Position numbers and translations under genes: made by a program
The notes under the pieces: generated by a model
What the model saw: the letters and a program-made list of their open reading frames with translations, nothing else
The model's database searches: none
Told to the model about the DNA's origin: nothing
Assembly: GCF_006345805.1 (NCBI RefSeq)
Contig: NC_042999.1
Coordinates: 135,346,001 to 135,410,000 of the forward strand
DNA length: 64,000 nt
Origin: Octopus sinensis
Taxonomy: Eukaryota
Reading direction: 5' to 3'
Shown: piece after piece, positions 1 through 13,040 of the stretch
Numbering within the stretch: the first letter of the stretch is position 1
How the letters are laid out: each line of letters starts with the position of its first letter

Positions 1-1310
1 GATGTGGACATGATGCAATTTGGTTTTATGCCAGGAAAGGGGACAATAGATACAGTCTTCATTGTAAAGAGATTGCAAGAGAAATGCTGATATAAGGAGT
101 GGTACATGTGCTTCGTTGATCTAGAGAAGGCATTTGATAGGGTTCCAAGGAAGGTGATTGAGTGGACATTGAGGAAGAGAGGTGTACTAGAGGTAATAGT
201 GAGGGCAGTGATGAGTTTGTATGAGGGGGGTAAAGACGAGTTAAAGTTGGATCAGAGCTGTCGGAGGAGTTTATGGTGAAAGTTGGTGTGCATCAGGGAT
301 CTGTGTTGTCACTGTTGTTGTTTGCAATAGTGGTTGATGTGGTGATGGAGAGTGCAAGAGAGGGATTGATAATGGGGATACTGTATGCGGATGGCTTTGT
401 TCTGATGAGTGAGACGATGGAGGGATTGAGGGAGAAGTTTTGGAAATGGAAGGAGGCGTTTGAAAGTAAACCTCGGGAAGACAAAGGTGATGGTGAGCGG
501 GGTGGAAGAAGTTTTAGTGTGGTGTGTGTGGGAGGAGGGTAATGGCAAATGTGGTGTTGTGTATGATATGTGGGAAATGGATTCATGGTAGATGTATGAA
601 AATGAAGGTGACCTCAAGACTGGCAAGAGAGTTTGTTTGTGGAAGATGTGAGAAAGGAGGTGGAGGGCTGGTGAAACCAGTGGAAACGCTATGTGATGAG
701 GTAGAAGTGGTGAGAGGATTTTATTATTTGAGAGATAGGGTAGATGTAAGTGGTAGATGTGAAGCATCTGTGGCAGCAAGAGCAAGACTTGGCTGGGTGA
801 AGTTCAGGGAATGTGGAGCATTATTATATGGGAAAAGGTTCACTTTGAAGATGAAAGGAAGGGTTTATCGGAGTTGCGTGAGATCTGCAGTGCTGCATGG
901 GAGTGAGACATGGTGTCTGAGGGAAAGCGAAATGGCAGTTTTGAGGACTGAGAGAGCAATGTGTGATGTGAAACTATTGGATAAAAGGAGGGCTGAGGAC
1001 TTGATAGGGATGCTGGGGCTGGAAGAATCGGTGGAACAGCTGGTAAAGACAGATGGAGTTTGGTGGTATGGACATGTGTTGAGGAGGGATGAGGTTCATG
1101 TTCTGAAGAGAGTGCTTGAGTTTAAAGTGAATGAACTGTGAAAGCAAGGTCAACCAAAAAACAACGTGGAGGAGCAGATTGGGAGGGTTGGCTTGAGGAG
1201 AGAGGACACCTAAAACTAGGCTGGATGGTGTGAGAGTGGTTGCTGTAAGAGTGAGGTAGACCTGACACCCCCGCCTATTAACAGGGGGGACAAACCCGGA
1301 TTTAAAATAT
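1..1310 (+). mobile_element. Decayed RTE-clade LINE, 3' part (RT domain to C-terminus)
   Basis: Frameshifted ORFs give [31 protein letters not shown], a Cys-rich insert, LHGSETW and WYGHVLRR, all RTE reverse-transcriptase motifs; the element runs off the window start. Confidence 0.9.
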
Positions 1311-1635
1311 TGGAATTCATCTTCATCATCACCATGGTCATTGTTCAAAGAATTTGGTACCAGCCAAAAGACTGATAACAAATTCCTCAAAATAGCTACC
1401 ATAATTGTTGCGAAAATTTAATCAAAAGCTATTTCAGTTTAATAAAATTTGTAAATTCAAATAAGATGTGAATTCTAATGTTTCAGGCAGACCTGTTCTT
1501 GTTTTCTTTCAATTCTTTATTACATGTTGATCACTAAGTAAAAATAGTAATCTTAGATATTGCTCAGGACTTTTAGCTGTTAAGGAATTTTATTTAACTG
1601 TAAAAGAAATTTACATGAAAATCTGAATGTTGCAG

Positions 1636-1726
1636 ATATTGGTGGTCGTCCAGACTACAGAAATGAAGCAAGTTCTCGTGGAAGATATTCTAAAGCTCAA
1701 AAAGGAAGGGCATATTTTGATGGAAG
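1636..1726 (+). CDS. ZNF598: Penultimate coding exon of ZNF598 (IGGRPDYRNEASSRGRYSKAQKGRAYFDG-R)
   Basis: ttgcag acceptor, gtaaac donor, 91 nt open frame. It ends in AG, which completes codon AGA with the first base of the exon at 5545 in the long ORF frame. Confidence 0.75.
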
Positions 1727-2432
1727 GTAAACATCTATTTACATTTTCTTCAATAGTTATATGCACTAATGTATTTGTAATGTTTTATTTATTGGAATAT
1801 AAACGTTCAGATTGAATGAAATTTTGTCATAATTTTTTTCAAGAGATCCACTTAGTGAAAGTAAGTGATGTTATTGCAGAGTTGGTCAATACATTTTCTA
1901 GAAGCTAAGAATCTGAACAATATTTTTGTAATAAACTTCAAACCTGTGATCTTTGTTCTATTTATCATGACACATAGAACACAGCTCTTCAATAGTTTCC
2001 ATGCCTGTACAGACACATTTTCAGTATCATATTGAAGAGAAGTTTGTTCAACTCAGAAACAGTTGAGGAGATCCAACATGCTGGAAATAGATGTCCTTCA
2101 TCTTGATCTGTAGTCTGGTTTAGTGGAATCGGAACTTAAATTATTCAGGATTTGGTGTGATGCTGACTATATAACAGTAGGTAGGAATGTATTAGTTACA
2201 TAAGCCAGTGAATCTTAAACTGACAAATACCAGCCCCTACTCCATCTCCTTTCCTAATATGTACAAGTTGAAAAGTAAGTCATGTTGTATTTTTTACATG
2301 ATCACATTGAAGGTACTTTTTCAATAGTTAGGTAAATTAAACATTAAATTTTATATTCTAATGGTTCCTTCTTTGTTTGCAGATTACTTTACACTGTTGT
2401 GGTTAAATTCATATCAATCTTTACCCTTATAA

Positions 2433-3630
2433 AATGATTTTAGATCAGATGTATATCAGACACTGCATGCTATATGAATTCCAAAGGGGCTCTTCAGCAG
2501 TGGAAGTGGCAAGTAATATTCACCCAGTCTATGGAAATGAAGCTTTAAGTGTTCAGGCATGCCAATGATGGTTTCACTAGTTTTGCTTAGGAAATGTTTC
2601 TTCTGCAGATTCTCCTGAGTCTGGATGACCAAGTTTTGTTGATATTGAGCTTCTGAAAATCATAGTTGAAGAAAATCCAAAGCAAACTGCACAAGAATTA
2701 GTTGAAGTCATACTTTGATCATAAAACATCTTCATGTCTTAACTTGGTTATTAGGTTCCCTCATCATCTGAATGCTTCTCATCTTAATCAAAGAGTTGCT
2801 TTCTACTCATCTTTGAAGAATAGACTTGCTATTGAGTCTTTCCTAGGTAGAATCATCACAAGTGATGAAAAGTGGATACTTTGATCATAAAACATCTTCA
2901 TGTCTTAACTTGGTTATTAGGTTCCCTCATCATCTGAATGCTTCTCATCTTAATCAAAGAGTTGCTTTCTACTCATCTTTGAAGAATAGACTTGCTATTG
3001 AGTCTTTCCTAGGTAGAATCATCACAAGTGATGAAAAGTGGATTCTCTATAATCATATCCAATGAAAAAAACAATGCTTTGTACCCAATGAAAAAGGAGA
3101 ATCCATCTCCCAAGCCAGGCTACAACCATATTTAATGCCATAATCTTTTCCTGAATGACTTGGGCAATATCTGGCCTTAGATTGTCATGTAAGATCAACA
3201 CTTCTTTATGATTGACCAATGGTAGGTACTTTTTGTAAATTTTTATGCATTGCTTCTAAGTTGAGAACAATATTTCTCTGCATTAACTTCAGCCAAAATG
3301 AAACAGTAATGCAGCTAAGTATTGTCATTTGGAAGCCCAGCACATAAAAAGTGTCTATCATTGGTAAACCATAAAGGGGTGTTGCTCTGAGACCATATAT
3401 TTCCCAAATCACTCAGGAAAAAGATTGTGGCATTGAATATGGAAGTTTTGCCTCACCCTTCTTACTCCATCTGTAGAGGGAAAACAGTTAATCAGCTGTG
3501 AAGGGGTTAAAAAGGATACTGATGTTTCTTTACTTCAAAATCCAAAGAATTTTATGTCTGAGGGATCAACGATTTGCCAAATAGATGGGATTATGTTATC
3601 AATAGTGAGAGGAGATATATTTTGATTGAA
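2433..3630 (+). mobile_element. Decayed mariner transposase remnant, internally rearranged
   Basis: Fragments FLGRIITSDEKWILY, ILHDNLRP and EVLPHPSYS resemble mariner motifs (IVTGDEKW, HDNARPH, HPPYSPDL); many stops. Confidence 0.8.
2710..3043. repeat. 166-bp tandem duplication within the mariner remnant
   Basis: atactttgatcataaaacatc...agtgatgaaaagtgg starts at 2710 and again at 2876; the copies look identical by eye. Confidence 0.95.
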
Positions 3631-5195
3631 TCCATTAATTAAGACCAAAGAAGCATTTGTTTCTTTCCAATATAATAACTGAAATTTTTTGTTCCCCTCC
3701 TTGTTATTGAGAAGGCAAAATAGAATTTACATCTTTATAATTCTTCTTTGTTTGCCATGGTGTTAGACAAATTAAAAAAATATTGGAAAGCAGCTTGATT
3801 TATTAAACCGAGCAATTTGTTTGCCCTATTTTCAAACCTCACATTCCCCTCCACAAGTGAGAGTCCTTATGAGAAACACTGTCTTGGCTAAGTTGATTTT
3901 ACAAAAAGCTGTTAATCTATGTGATATAATGTTGTTATTAACTGTTATGAAAATGTTGGAGAAACACTAGAAAAATTACAGGATTGAGTAGTGAAAATAA
4001 CGGAGACCTATTATATCCAAGTTGGTACAAGAGAATTTTTATGGATAGAATTAGGTTTGTGTGTGTGTAATCACATTGTAACTGCTAGAATTGTCTTGAA
4101 TAAAGTAAAAATGCTTTTGACCTAGAAAAGGCATTTGACATGGTTCTATTTTGTATAGTCTGTCAAGCAATGAATCATCATTATCATTTAACATTCGTTT
4201 TCCATGCTAGCATGGGTTGGATGGTTTGACAGAAATTGACCAGCTGAAGAGCTGTTTAGGCTCCATGTCTGTTTTGGCATGGTTTCTACAACTGTTTGCC
4301 CTTCTTAATGCCAATCACTTTACGGAGTGTACTGGCTGGTTTTACACAGCACCACAAGGAAATGTTTGTATCAATGAAGGAAGTCAATAAGAAGTGTCAG
4401 ATTAAGATTATCAACCAAGCTCTGTATTGACATTCTTTTCATCATTTTTGTCCCTAAAAACAAAGAAAATAATCCCCAACTAGACACTGTTACTAGCTTC
4501 AGTATATAGAGTAAGTTATGGCGCATGTTATGAAGTAAGACCAAGTTTAAAGTATTAGAGTGGTTTAGGCTTCCTAAACCCAACAGACAGTACTCTAGGC
4601 ACCATCTTCAAAAGTGAGTATGCAGAAAGATGGCTTTAAGAATGGGCTGTTATACTGTTGTAGAAGATAACAATTCTAATTTTACTTGTTCGAAAATCTC
4701 TGTTATCAGTGAAGTGATCTTTTTTAATATATAAGCAGTTAGTGGATAAGACTTCGCTATCTAAATTCATAGTAAGCAGTGAGTGTTTACAAAGATGTAG
4801 TGGATCTCTAGCAGACTTGAAGAGAACTAGGACTACAGATGTGCTAGATGCACTGGATTAGTTATCAGTAAGAGCACTCATGAAGTGATGGTCAAGTACT
4901 AGATGTAGATAATAATTAGGTGATCTGATTGTGCTGGCGGCAGTTATCATCATCATTTCTGTTTTCTCACACATGAGCTCATATCTCAGTTGCCTGAATA
5001 TGGAAGATCTCTGGAGATTGTAGAGACATGAATTGAGTATGATTTGTTGAATGTATATTGTTACATGGAAAGCATAAGTGGACTAGAATAGCTGTTTATT
5101 ATACATAATCTGAAGTGCAAGTATGTTGATATAGATGATATCTACATTATCTACAAAAATGTGTGATATCTACATTAGCTTGTAGAAATAATTAC

Positions 5196-5425
5196 TTAAC
5201 CCTTTAGTATTCAGTTTATTCTGTCAAATATAATGCTTTTTTTTATTCACATTATTTTGAATTGATGATGCATTATCTCATAGCTTTGAGGTTTTGATGA
5301 TGTGGTTGTTTATTTTTAGAATGACTAAGTAGGGTAGGTGTGCGAAGTAAGTTCTGGCCAGTTTAAACATAAATTGGGTAGAATATTTGAGCCAGACATG
5401 GCTGGTTTAAACGCTGAAGGGTTAA
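5196..5425. mobile_element. piggyBac-type MITE
   Basis: TTAA-ccctttag...ctgaaggg-TTAA ends; related copies at 37935-38148, ~41308-41534 and ~56000-56480 (SINE-interrupted). Confidence 0.65.
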
Positions 5426-5544
5426 AATAATCACTTAGAGTTCTGAAGGGCAGCGAAATTACAATATAACTATAGTTCCTTTTTAGCAATTACATATTCT
5501 TTTCTCTCATGATTTTTAATGAAATATTGTTTGTTCTTCCCTAG

Positions 5545-7576
5545 AGATGCTGATTTACAGAAAGCTATAGCAGCTTCTATAGAAGATGAGGTCCAACATC
5601 AGCAAGCATTAATGAAATCAGAAGGGGAAAAGACTGTCAGAAAGGAAAAGTCTGAAAACAACTCTACTAAGCCTTTACCAAAATTAAGCTTGAATGAAGA
5701 TTTTCCAAGCCTTCCGTCTGCTACTGGAGTTAATAATGATCAAAGCACATTCCAAACCCGTTGGGCTACTCGATCAAATCCACATAACTTAGCTAACAAT
5801 ATGGTTGAAGAATTTCCATCATTAACATTGAACTCTTCATCAACTGTTAATGCTGAGGTGAAACCAAGTCTTAAAACTTACATTAGTAAGAAGAAAGAGA
5901 CAAACTCTCATAAACAGAAACAACCAGTTTTATTTGAAGAAGACTTCCCTCAGTTAGCAACCTCAAATAAGAAAAATAATTCTGCCAATCATGCCTCTGG
6001 TACACAACCAAATGTATGGACCAAAAATACAAAGCAGCAACCCAAAAAGCAAAAGCAAACAACATTCAATTATAGAGTACCTATGAATATTGATTCAACC
6101 GATATAAGTCAATTATCACACACAATGCCAGTGTCTGTCAACACTAAGCAGCAGACCAATGTGAAACAACCAAGTGCCAAAGACCAAAGCAACAATAAGC
6201 AAGCGTCTAGTGCTAAACAGTTTGCCGGTGTTAAGCAACAAACTAATAATTCTAAGCAACAGGCCAGTAATAAACAAGCCAGTAATAAGCAACAGAGTAA
6301 TAATAAACAAACCAGTGCTAAAGCAAATGATATGTCACCTGTTGTAACATTGAAAGATGTTAGCAAATTATTAGATAGTGAAGAAAACTTCCCAAGCTTA
6401 ACAAATAAGAAGAAAAGTCAAGAAAACAATGTTCCTGTTGCTACTTGGCCTATTAAAAAACCTACTGTAAAAAACTCAGAAGAAAAAAAATCAAATTCTT
6501 TTACTGGGAGCCTTGTGTTGAAAAGTAAAAAGAATAAAGAAAAAAATTCTTCTACAGAAAAGGTGTCATGTGATTCATCAACTAAAGATGTAAAGAAACC
6601 TGTACCTGCTGCTGATTCTTCTGAAAGTAGTGCTGCTGCCTCCGACCCTGATAGCTCAAGAGGGAATAGTAAAAGTTGTGTGGATTGTGTGATACAGTTA
6701 AATGGTAAAGCAGAGTTGGATGAAGGTAGGGCTGATAAAATAGGTAAAAACTGGGAAGAGTCAGATGTAAAAGCTGACACAAAGCGAAACACAAGTAATA
6801 AACAGCTTGATGCTAGACCCAAAGAATTTACTGTTCAAAATATACTGTCTGAAGAAGATTTTCCTGCTCTTTGCAAAAATGACAAACTTGCACAGGGATC
6901 AAGTTCAAAAACTTCTGTGAAACCACCTCCTGGTTTTGCAGGTTTCCCTAACAACAAAGACAGTAGTTCAGCCTATAAATCTTTACTGCCCCGACCTCCA
7001 CCAGGCCTTTCATTGTCAAATTCTGCAATTACTAACTTTCAACAAGCACTAACTGGTCAACATCCAATAAATGCAACCCTTAAATTTAATTACTGTCCCC
7101 CTTCAAATTTTGTGGGACGTAACCGACAATTGATCACTGAGATTCGCACTGCTCTTTCCAATGATGAAAATCGTTTTGACACTTTTAAATCATTATCTCA
7201 AGATTTCCGTCATGGTGTAATCTCATCCCAAGAATACTATCGACAGTGTTTTGATTTACTTGGGTCTGAAAACTTCCCTAATATTGTTCAAGAACTTATT
7301 GCTCTTTTGCCAGATATTGCTAAGCAACAGGCTTTATTTGGGGTTCATCAAGACAACTCCGCCACACATATTAACACTGCTTCAAAGCATGTTTGGACTT
7401 CAAAGGAGAACCTTCTCCAGAGTTGCCACGTCTGCCAACAAGTACTTTCTCAATCTGACTATAAGGCACACATTTCTCTCTACCATCAAAATAGTGACTT
7501 CACATGGGATTCTAGAGAGCCATCTTCATGGTCATGTGGTAATTTTCAGAATACTAGTTTGGTTAAGGCAAAATAA
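5545..7576 (+). CDS. ZNF598: Terminal coding exon of E3 ubiquitin ligase ZNF598 (Hel2 orthologue), C-terminal ~676 aa
   Basis: Pyrimidine tract plus tag acceptor at 5542-5544; 2 kb open frame with five (E/D)xFPxL repeats, PPPGF and PPPGL motifs, the conserved helical block RNRQLITEIR...FKSLSQDFRHG...EYY...LLG.ENF...ELIALLPDIAKQQAL and a terminal CxxCQQVL..D..H finger. Confidence 0.88.
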
Positions 7577-8940
7577 TATTGTTTTACTTTTAGACCTTCA
7601 AAATGATATAGTGAAATTTTGTCCATGATCATCTGTGATACAAGACATTACTCAGGATGTTGTTGGGAGTGTATAATTTTGTTTTTTTAATGTTCTTTTC
7701 CCTTGTTTTCATTGTTTGGTATCATCCAACAGGAAAACCAAGTCAGCTATTTTGACTTTTTTTTTCATATTTATTTCTCTAGCTATTTACTTTCCAGGTG
7801 TGAGCTTATTTCTGTCAGGTAGAAATGAGTTCCTGTCTGAAGATATTTTGTTTATACATTCTATAATTTACATAAAATTATTTGAAAATAACTCAACAAA
7901 TCCAAATATATTTCCACTGCAGACCAGCTTTAAATTGTTTTTGTTGTTGAGGATGTCAACATCTCACTTGAATTGAGATATCCAACGCAATTAAATATCT
8001 GCAGCTATATATTTGACTCTTTCTTGAAATTAGGTGAAAATTTGAGATATATCTTCACATTTCTTATAAACTGATATGAAGGAAACTAATTTTATACTAT
8101 TCAAAATCTATTGAGGTCAACAACTCTTTACTCTGTTCCCATCCTAATTTCACTGCTGCTTAATATTTGCCCAGCTCTGTTGTACAAAAGTCTAAATTTA
8201 TTATAATGGGCTCACGTCTTCATGTTCTCTTCACAACAATTACTTCAGTTGTTGTAAGATTGAATAAAAATAAGATTGTTTACCAATGCCAGCATTTTTG
8301 AAAAATTGCTTTGTGATGGTGCTCATAAAAATGGTCAGTCAGATACATTGAAATGTTAGCTAAATACATAAGAATCATATCTGTAAGTTCAGTTAGTATA
8401 CCGTGTACATCAGATAAACAGGTTTATATAACTACAGAAATGAAGCAGACTTCAAGTTTGTTATTTTATTTTCTCATATACAAGGTAACCTTTTTAATAT
8501 ATGTTGTAGGTTTAATTTTTAAGTTTTAGCTTATGACTATGTATATATTGCTATAATTATCCTTTTAGTGTACAGTGAGGAAAAACAGGTTTAATTTTTA
8601 AAAAAATGTTTTTTTAGTTTATGAATATATATGTATTGCTATTAAAATGTAAGCATGCTTATGCTCTTGGAAAGCTATATGTATATATTCAGCTAATTTG
8701 TTTTGGAATTATCATTGCAGAAAGTTTTAAAATTGATTTCATAAATCTCAATTTTTTTTTGTTTTTTGTTTTTTATGAATTTGAGCCTTCAATAGGAAAT
8801 GTTCTGAGCCTGGCATGTCAAACCAGAATATGATTACTGAGTAATTACAAAGATATTTCCATTGAATTACCTTCTTTAGTTACTGTGTTTTTTTTTGTTT
8901 GGTCTATTGGTAAAATAAAATAAATTTATTACTTTCCTAC
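7577..8940 (+). other. Probable ZNF598 3' UTR
   Basis: Repeat-free U-rich sequence after the stop, with AATAAA near 8263 and 8914-8924. Confidence 0.5.
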
Positions 8941-9076
8941 AAAAAAAGAAAAAAAATTGAGATCAGACATGAAGATAATTTTCTCCAGGTTGAAGTTCAT
9001 ATTTGATAAATGCATTAAAGAATTTGCTAAAACCAGCTTTAGACATTTGTATTTGTACTTAATGGGTGTGTAATTA

Positions 9077-9109
<33 letters not shown>

Positions 9110-11510
9110 TTAACGTCTGTTTTCCATGCTAGCATGGGTTGGATGGTTCGACCGGGGTCTGGTAAGCCATGGAGGCTGCAGCAGGCTCTAGTCTGATTTG
9201 ACAGTGTTTCTACAGCTGGATGCCCTTCCTAACGCCAACCGCTCCATGAGTGTAGTGGGTTTTTTTTACGTGCCACCAGCACAGGAGCCAGAGCAGGCTG
9301 GCAAATGGCCACGATCAGTTGGTGCTTTTACGTGTCACCGACACGGACGCCAGTCAAGCAACGCTAGTAACTGCCACGCTTGAACGGTGCTTTTTACGTG
9401 TCACCGGCATGGGTATCTTAACTACAATTTCCATTTGAATTTTTTGATGTTGACGAACTTAACTCAACAGGTCTCCTCAAGAACAGCGGGTCACTCTACG
9501 ATCCAAGGTTAGCACAGCAGGCTGTCCTGCAAGCATGAACTCACTTCATTTGTCGCTTCTTCGGATCCTCAAGAACAGCGAGTCACTCTACGATCCATGG
9601 TTAGCACAGCAGGCTGTCTTGTGAGCCATGAACTCACTTCATTTGTCAGGTCTTCAGAGGTCTTGGTCTTTCGTCATAACCTCTGTGAGGCTCAAAGTAT
9701 GAAGGTCATGCTTGACCACCTCGTCCCATGTCTTCCTGGGTCTACCTCTACCCTGGATTCCTTCAACTGTTTGGGAGTAGCACTTCTTCACACATCTCTC
9801 CTCATTCTTCCTTAGTACATGACCGTACCAACACAATCGTCTCTCCTGCACGCTGCATCCAATGCTTCTTATGCCCACCATTTCTCTCAGGATGCTTACA
9901 CTCTGTCATGCATGGACACTGACATTACACACCCAGCGGATCATGCTAGCTTCATTTCTCTCAAGCCTACGCATGTCCTCCGCAGTCACAGCCCATGTTT
10001 CACTGCCATGAAGCATGGCAGTTCACACACATGCATCGTACAATCTACCTTCCACTCTGAGCAAGAGACCCTTTGTCGCCAGTAGGGGTAGAAGCTTCCT
10101 AAACTTTGCCCAAGCTATTCTTATTCTAGTGGTAATGCTCTCTGAGCATCCACCCCTACTACTAACTTGGTCACCTTGGTAGCAGAAACTATCAACTACT
10201 TCTAGTTTCTCCCCAAGGAGTGTAATGGAATCTGTTTTCTGAGTATCAATGGTGTCTATTGCCCCTATGCATCTGCTGCACACGAAAGCTATCTTCTTGG
10301 TTAATTTTCCTTTGATATTGCTGCACCTCTTATGTGTCCATAGCTTACACTGGGTACATCTTATGGAGTTTCTACCTACACCTTTTCTACAGATTGAGCA
10401 GGGCCACCTACCTGAAGGGGTGTGTGGTGAATTTGCCTTCCTACTTACTAGAACTTTGGTCTTTGCTACATTGACTCTAAGGCCTTTTGATTCTAAACCT
10501 GGCTTCCACACACGAAATTTCTTCTCTAGTTCCAGTAGCAATTCTGCTACAAGGGCTAGGTCATCAGCATAGAGGAGCTCCCAGGGGCAACCCGTCTTAA
10601 ATTCCTCTGTTATTGCCTGGAGGGCTATGATGAATAGAAGGGGGCTGAGGGCTGAGCCTTGGTGGACGCTAACTTCTACCCTGAATTTTTCACTGTACTC
10701 ATTGCCAATTCTAACCTTACTACTAGCCTCTCTGTAGAGAGCTTGTACAGCCCTTATTAACCATTCATCAATCTCCAGTTTCTGCATCGCCCACCAGATA
10801 AGGGATCGTGGGACCCTATCAAAGGCTTTCTCCAAGTCCACAAAAGCTAAGTATAGGGGCTTATCTTTGGCTAGGTATTTCTCCTGCAGTTATCGAACCA
10901 TGAATATGGCATCAGTGGTGCTTCTGCCAGGCACAAAACCAAACTGCATCTCATCTAGGCTAACTCTCTCCCTAATTAGTTGGGCTATGACCCTCTCTGT
11001 GACTTTCATTACCTGATCCAGCAGTTTGATACCCCTGTAGTTATTTCTATCTAGAGCATCACCTTTACCCTTGTAGCAGTTGACAATGGTGCTGCTGCAC
11101 CAGTCATTGGGTATGACTCCATCTTGAGCTACTTGGTTTACAATGCAGGTGACTAGGCCGTATCCCACACCACCAGATGTTTTAAGCATCTCAGCAGTGA
11201 TTCCTGATGGGCCGGGGGCTTTTCCTGGCTTCATTCCCTTAATTGCCTCAACTACTACAGAGCTATCTATACGGATAGCTGGTCCTTCTACTGGGTCCAC
11301 AATTGGCAGGCTCTCCTCCTCCCACTCATTCTCCACATTCAGCAGTCTCACATAGTGGCTTCTCCAAGCCTCTTTCTTTTCAGAATCACAAAATGCAAGT
11401 GCCCCATCATCCATTCAAACACATTTCTGCCCTGTGACATCACAATTTTCTCTCACACACTGTCTTGCAATCCGAAATACCTCAGTTCTTTGGTCCTCAC
11501 GTCTCTGGAC
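9077..11510 (-). mobile_element. 5'-truncated RTE LINE with (ATG)n tail
   Basis: Minus ORFs 10890-11414, 10023-10841 and 9654-9881 carry [34 protein letters not shown] and RGRPRKTW; (CAT)n at 9077. Confidence 0.93.
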
Positions 11511-11637
11511 AGGTTTGTGTGTGGGAGAAGTTATACATATGTGTATATATATATGGATTCTGGGTTCACATACATGCATATATAAATGTACAAACACACA
11601 CACACATATATATGTAGCTGTGTATAAGTGTGTGAAA

Positions 11638-11960
11638 ACACATGGCTTAGTGGTTAGAGTTTTGTGCTCACAATCATGAGGTAGTGAGTTCAATTCCCAG
11701 ACCAGGCCATGTGTTGTGTTGTTGAGCATGGCATTTTCTCACATTTCTCCAGTTCATTCAGCTGTAGAAATCAGTTGCAACATCACTGGTGCCAAGCTGG
11801 TATCAGCCTTTGCCTTTCTCTTGGATAACATCAGTAGTATGAAGAGGGGAGGCTGGTATACATGGGCGACTTTTGGACTTTCATACAACCCTGCCCAGAC
11901 TTGTGCCTCGTAGGGTAAATTTCTAGGTGCAATCCCACTTATTCATAGCTAGGGTGAAGA
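11638..11960 (+). mobile_element. tRNA-derived SINE (Meta/CORE-type body)
   Basis: A box tggcttagtgg, B box gagttcaattccc, then ttgagcatggca...ctccagttcattcagctgt; a related - strand fragment lies at ~51490-51665. Confidence 0.65.
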
Positions 11961-12829
11961 CCCTAGCTGTGTATAAGTATGTGTGTTTGGGTAGTTGTAT
12001 ATGTGTGAGAATAAATGCTTATATGTATGGATACTTTTTGATTCTCTTGAGAGACAATGAAAGGAACACGGCTATAGAACTGTAACCTACCGGGATACTT
12101 TAAAATAGAGAAACAAGTACAAGTTTGTTTATGCTTGTGTGCATGCACACAACCTGCACTCCAACCAAATGACCCCCTCCCCCAAATTTAAACCCAATGA
12201 AATGTATCCATACACTCATGATTATACTAATGTGTTTATGCTCTTGGAAAGCTATATGTATATATTCAGTTAATTTGTTCCCTCTATTCAGTTTCTTTCT
12301 GTTTATCTTTCTACTTAAAGTCCTCATGTATTGACTGATACTAACACACAAATGTGTTTCCATATGCAAAGCAGTCACACTTAAATGCAAACACATACAC
12401 ATGTATACACATATATGCAATTACTGAGATTTCTCACTCACGTCCCTAAAATGTTATCATTTAATGTCCATCCTCCAAGCTGATAGGATTTCTATAGCTG
12501 GATGCCCTTCCCAACACCAAACATTTTTTTTTCAGTGTGTACTGGATCTTTTCTCTTGCTACAGGTACTAGTGAGGTTGCCAAGTAACTTTGAAGTCAAG
12601 AAAGTACAGTAAAAGAAAAAAGGAACTCAGTACATCAAGCTCGGACGCACCACGATGCCTGGTGCAACTAGAGCATGTCATTGATGGAGTCATAAATGAT
12701 AGCAAAATGACTGACAAGCAATTATCCAAGCAAATGATTAGTTGATTGGCTAATTAGTTAACTAGTTGATTAACAACAATTCTTTTGAATTTTGGCACAA
12801 GGCCAGTGGATGTGACATAACTATTCTTT

Positions 12830-13040
12830 TCTATTCTAGGTACAAGGCCCGAAATTTTTGCAGAGGATGTCAGTCAATTAGATCAACCCTAGTATGTAAC
12901 TGGTACTTAATTTATTGACCCCGAAAGGATGAAAGGCAAAGACAACTTTGGAATTTGAACTCAGAATGTAAAGACAGACAAAATACCACTAAGCATTTCG
13001 CTCAGCATGCTAATGTTTCTGCTAGCTCGCCACCTTAAAG
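12830..13040 (-). mobile_element. tRNA-derived CORE-type SINE (family B)
   Basis: Reverse complement matches the copy at 55744-55975. Confidence 0.75.

Noticed and set aside
5883-6822. Minus-strand ORFs with Cys/Leu repeats
   Set aside because: Antisense shadows of the low-complexity ZNF598 exon
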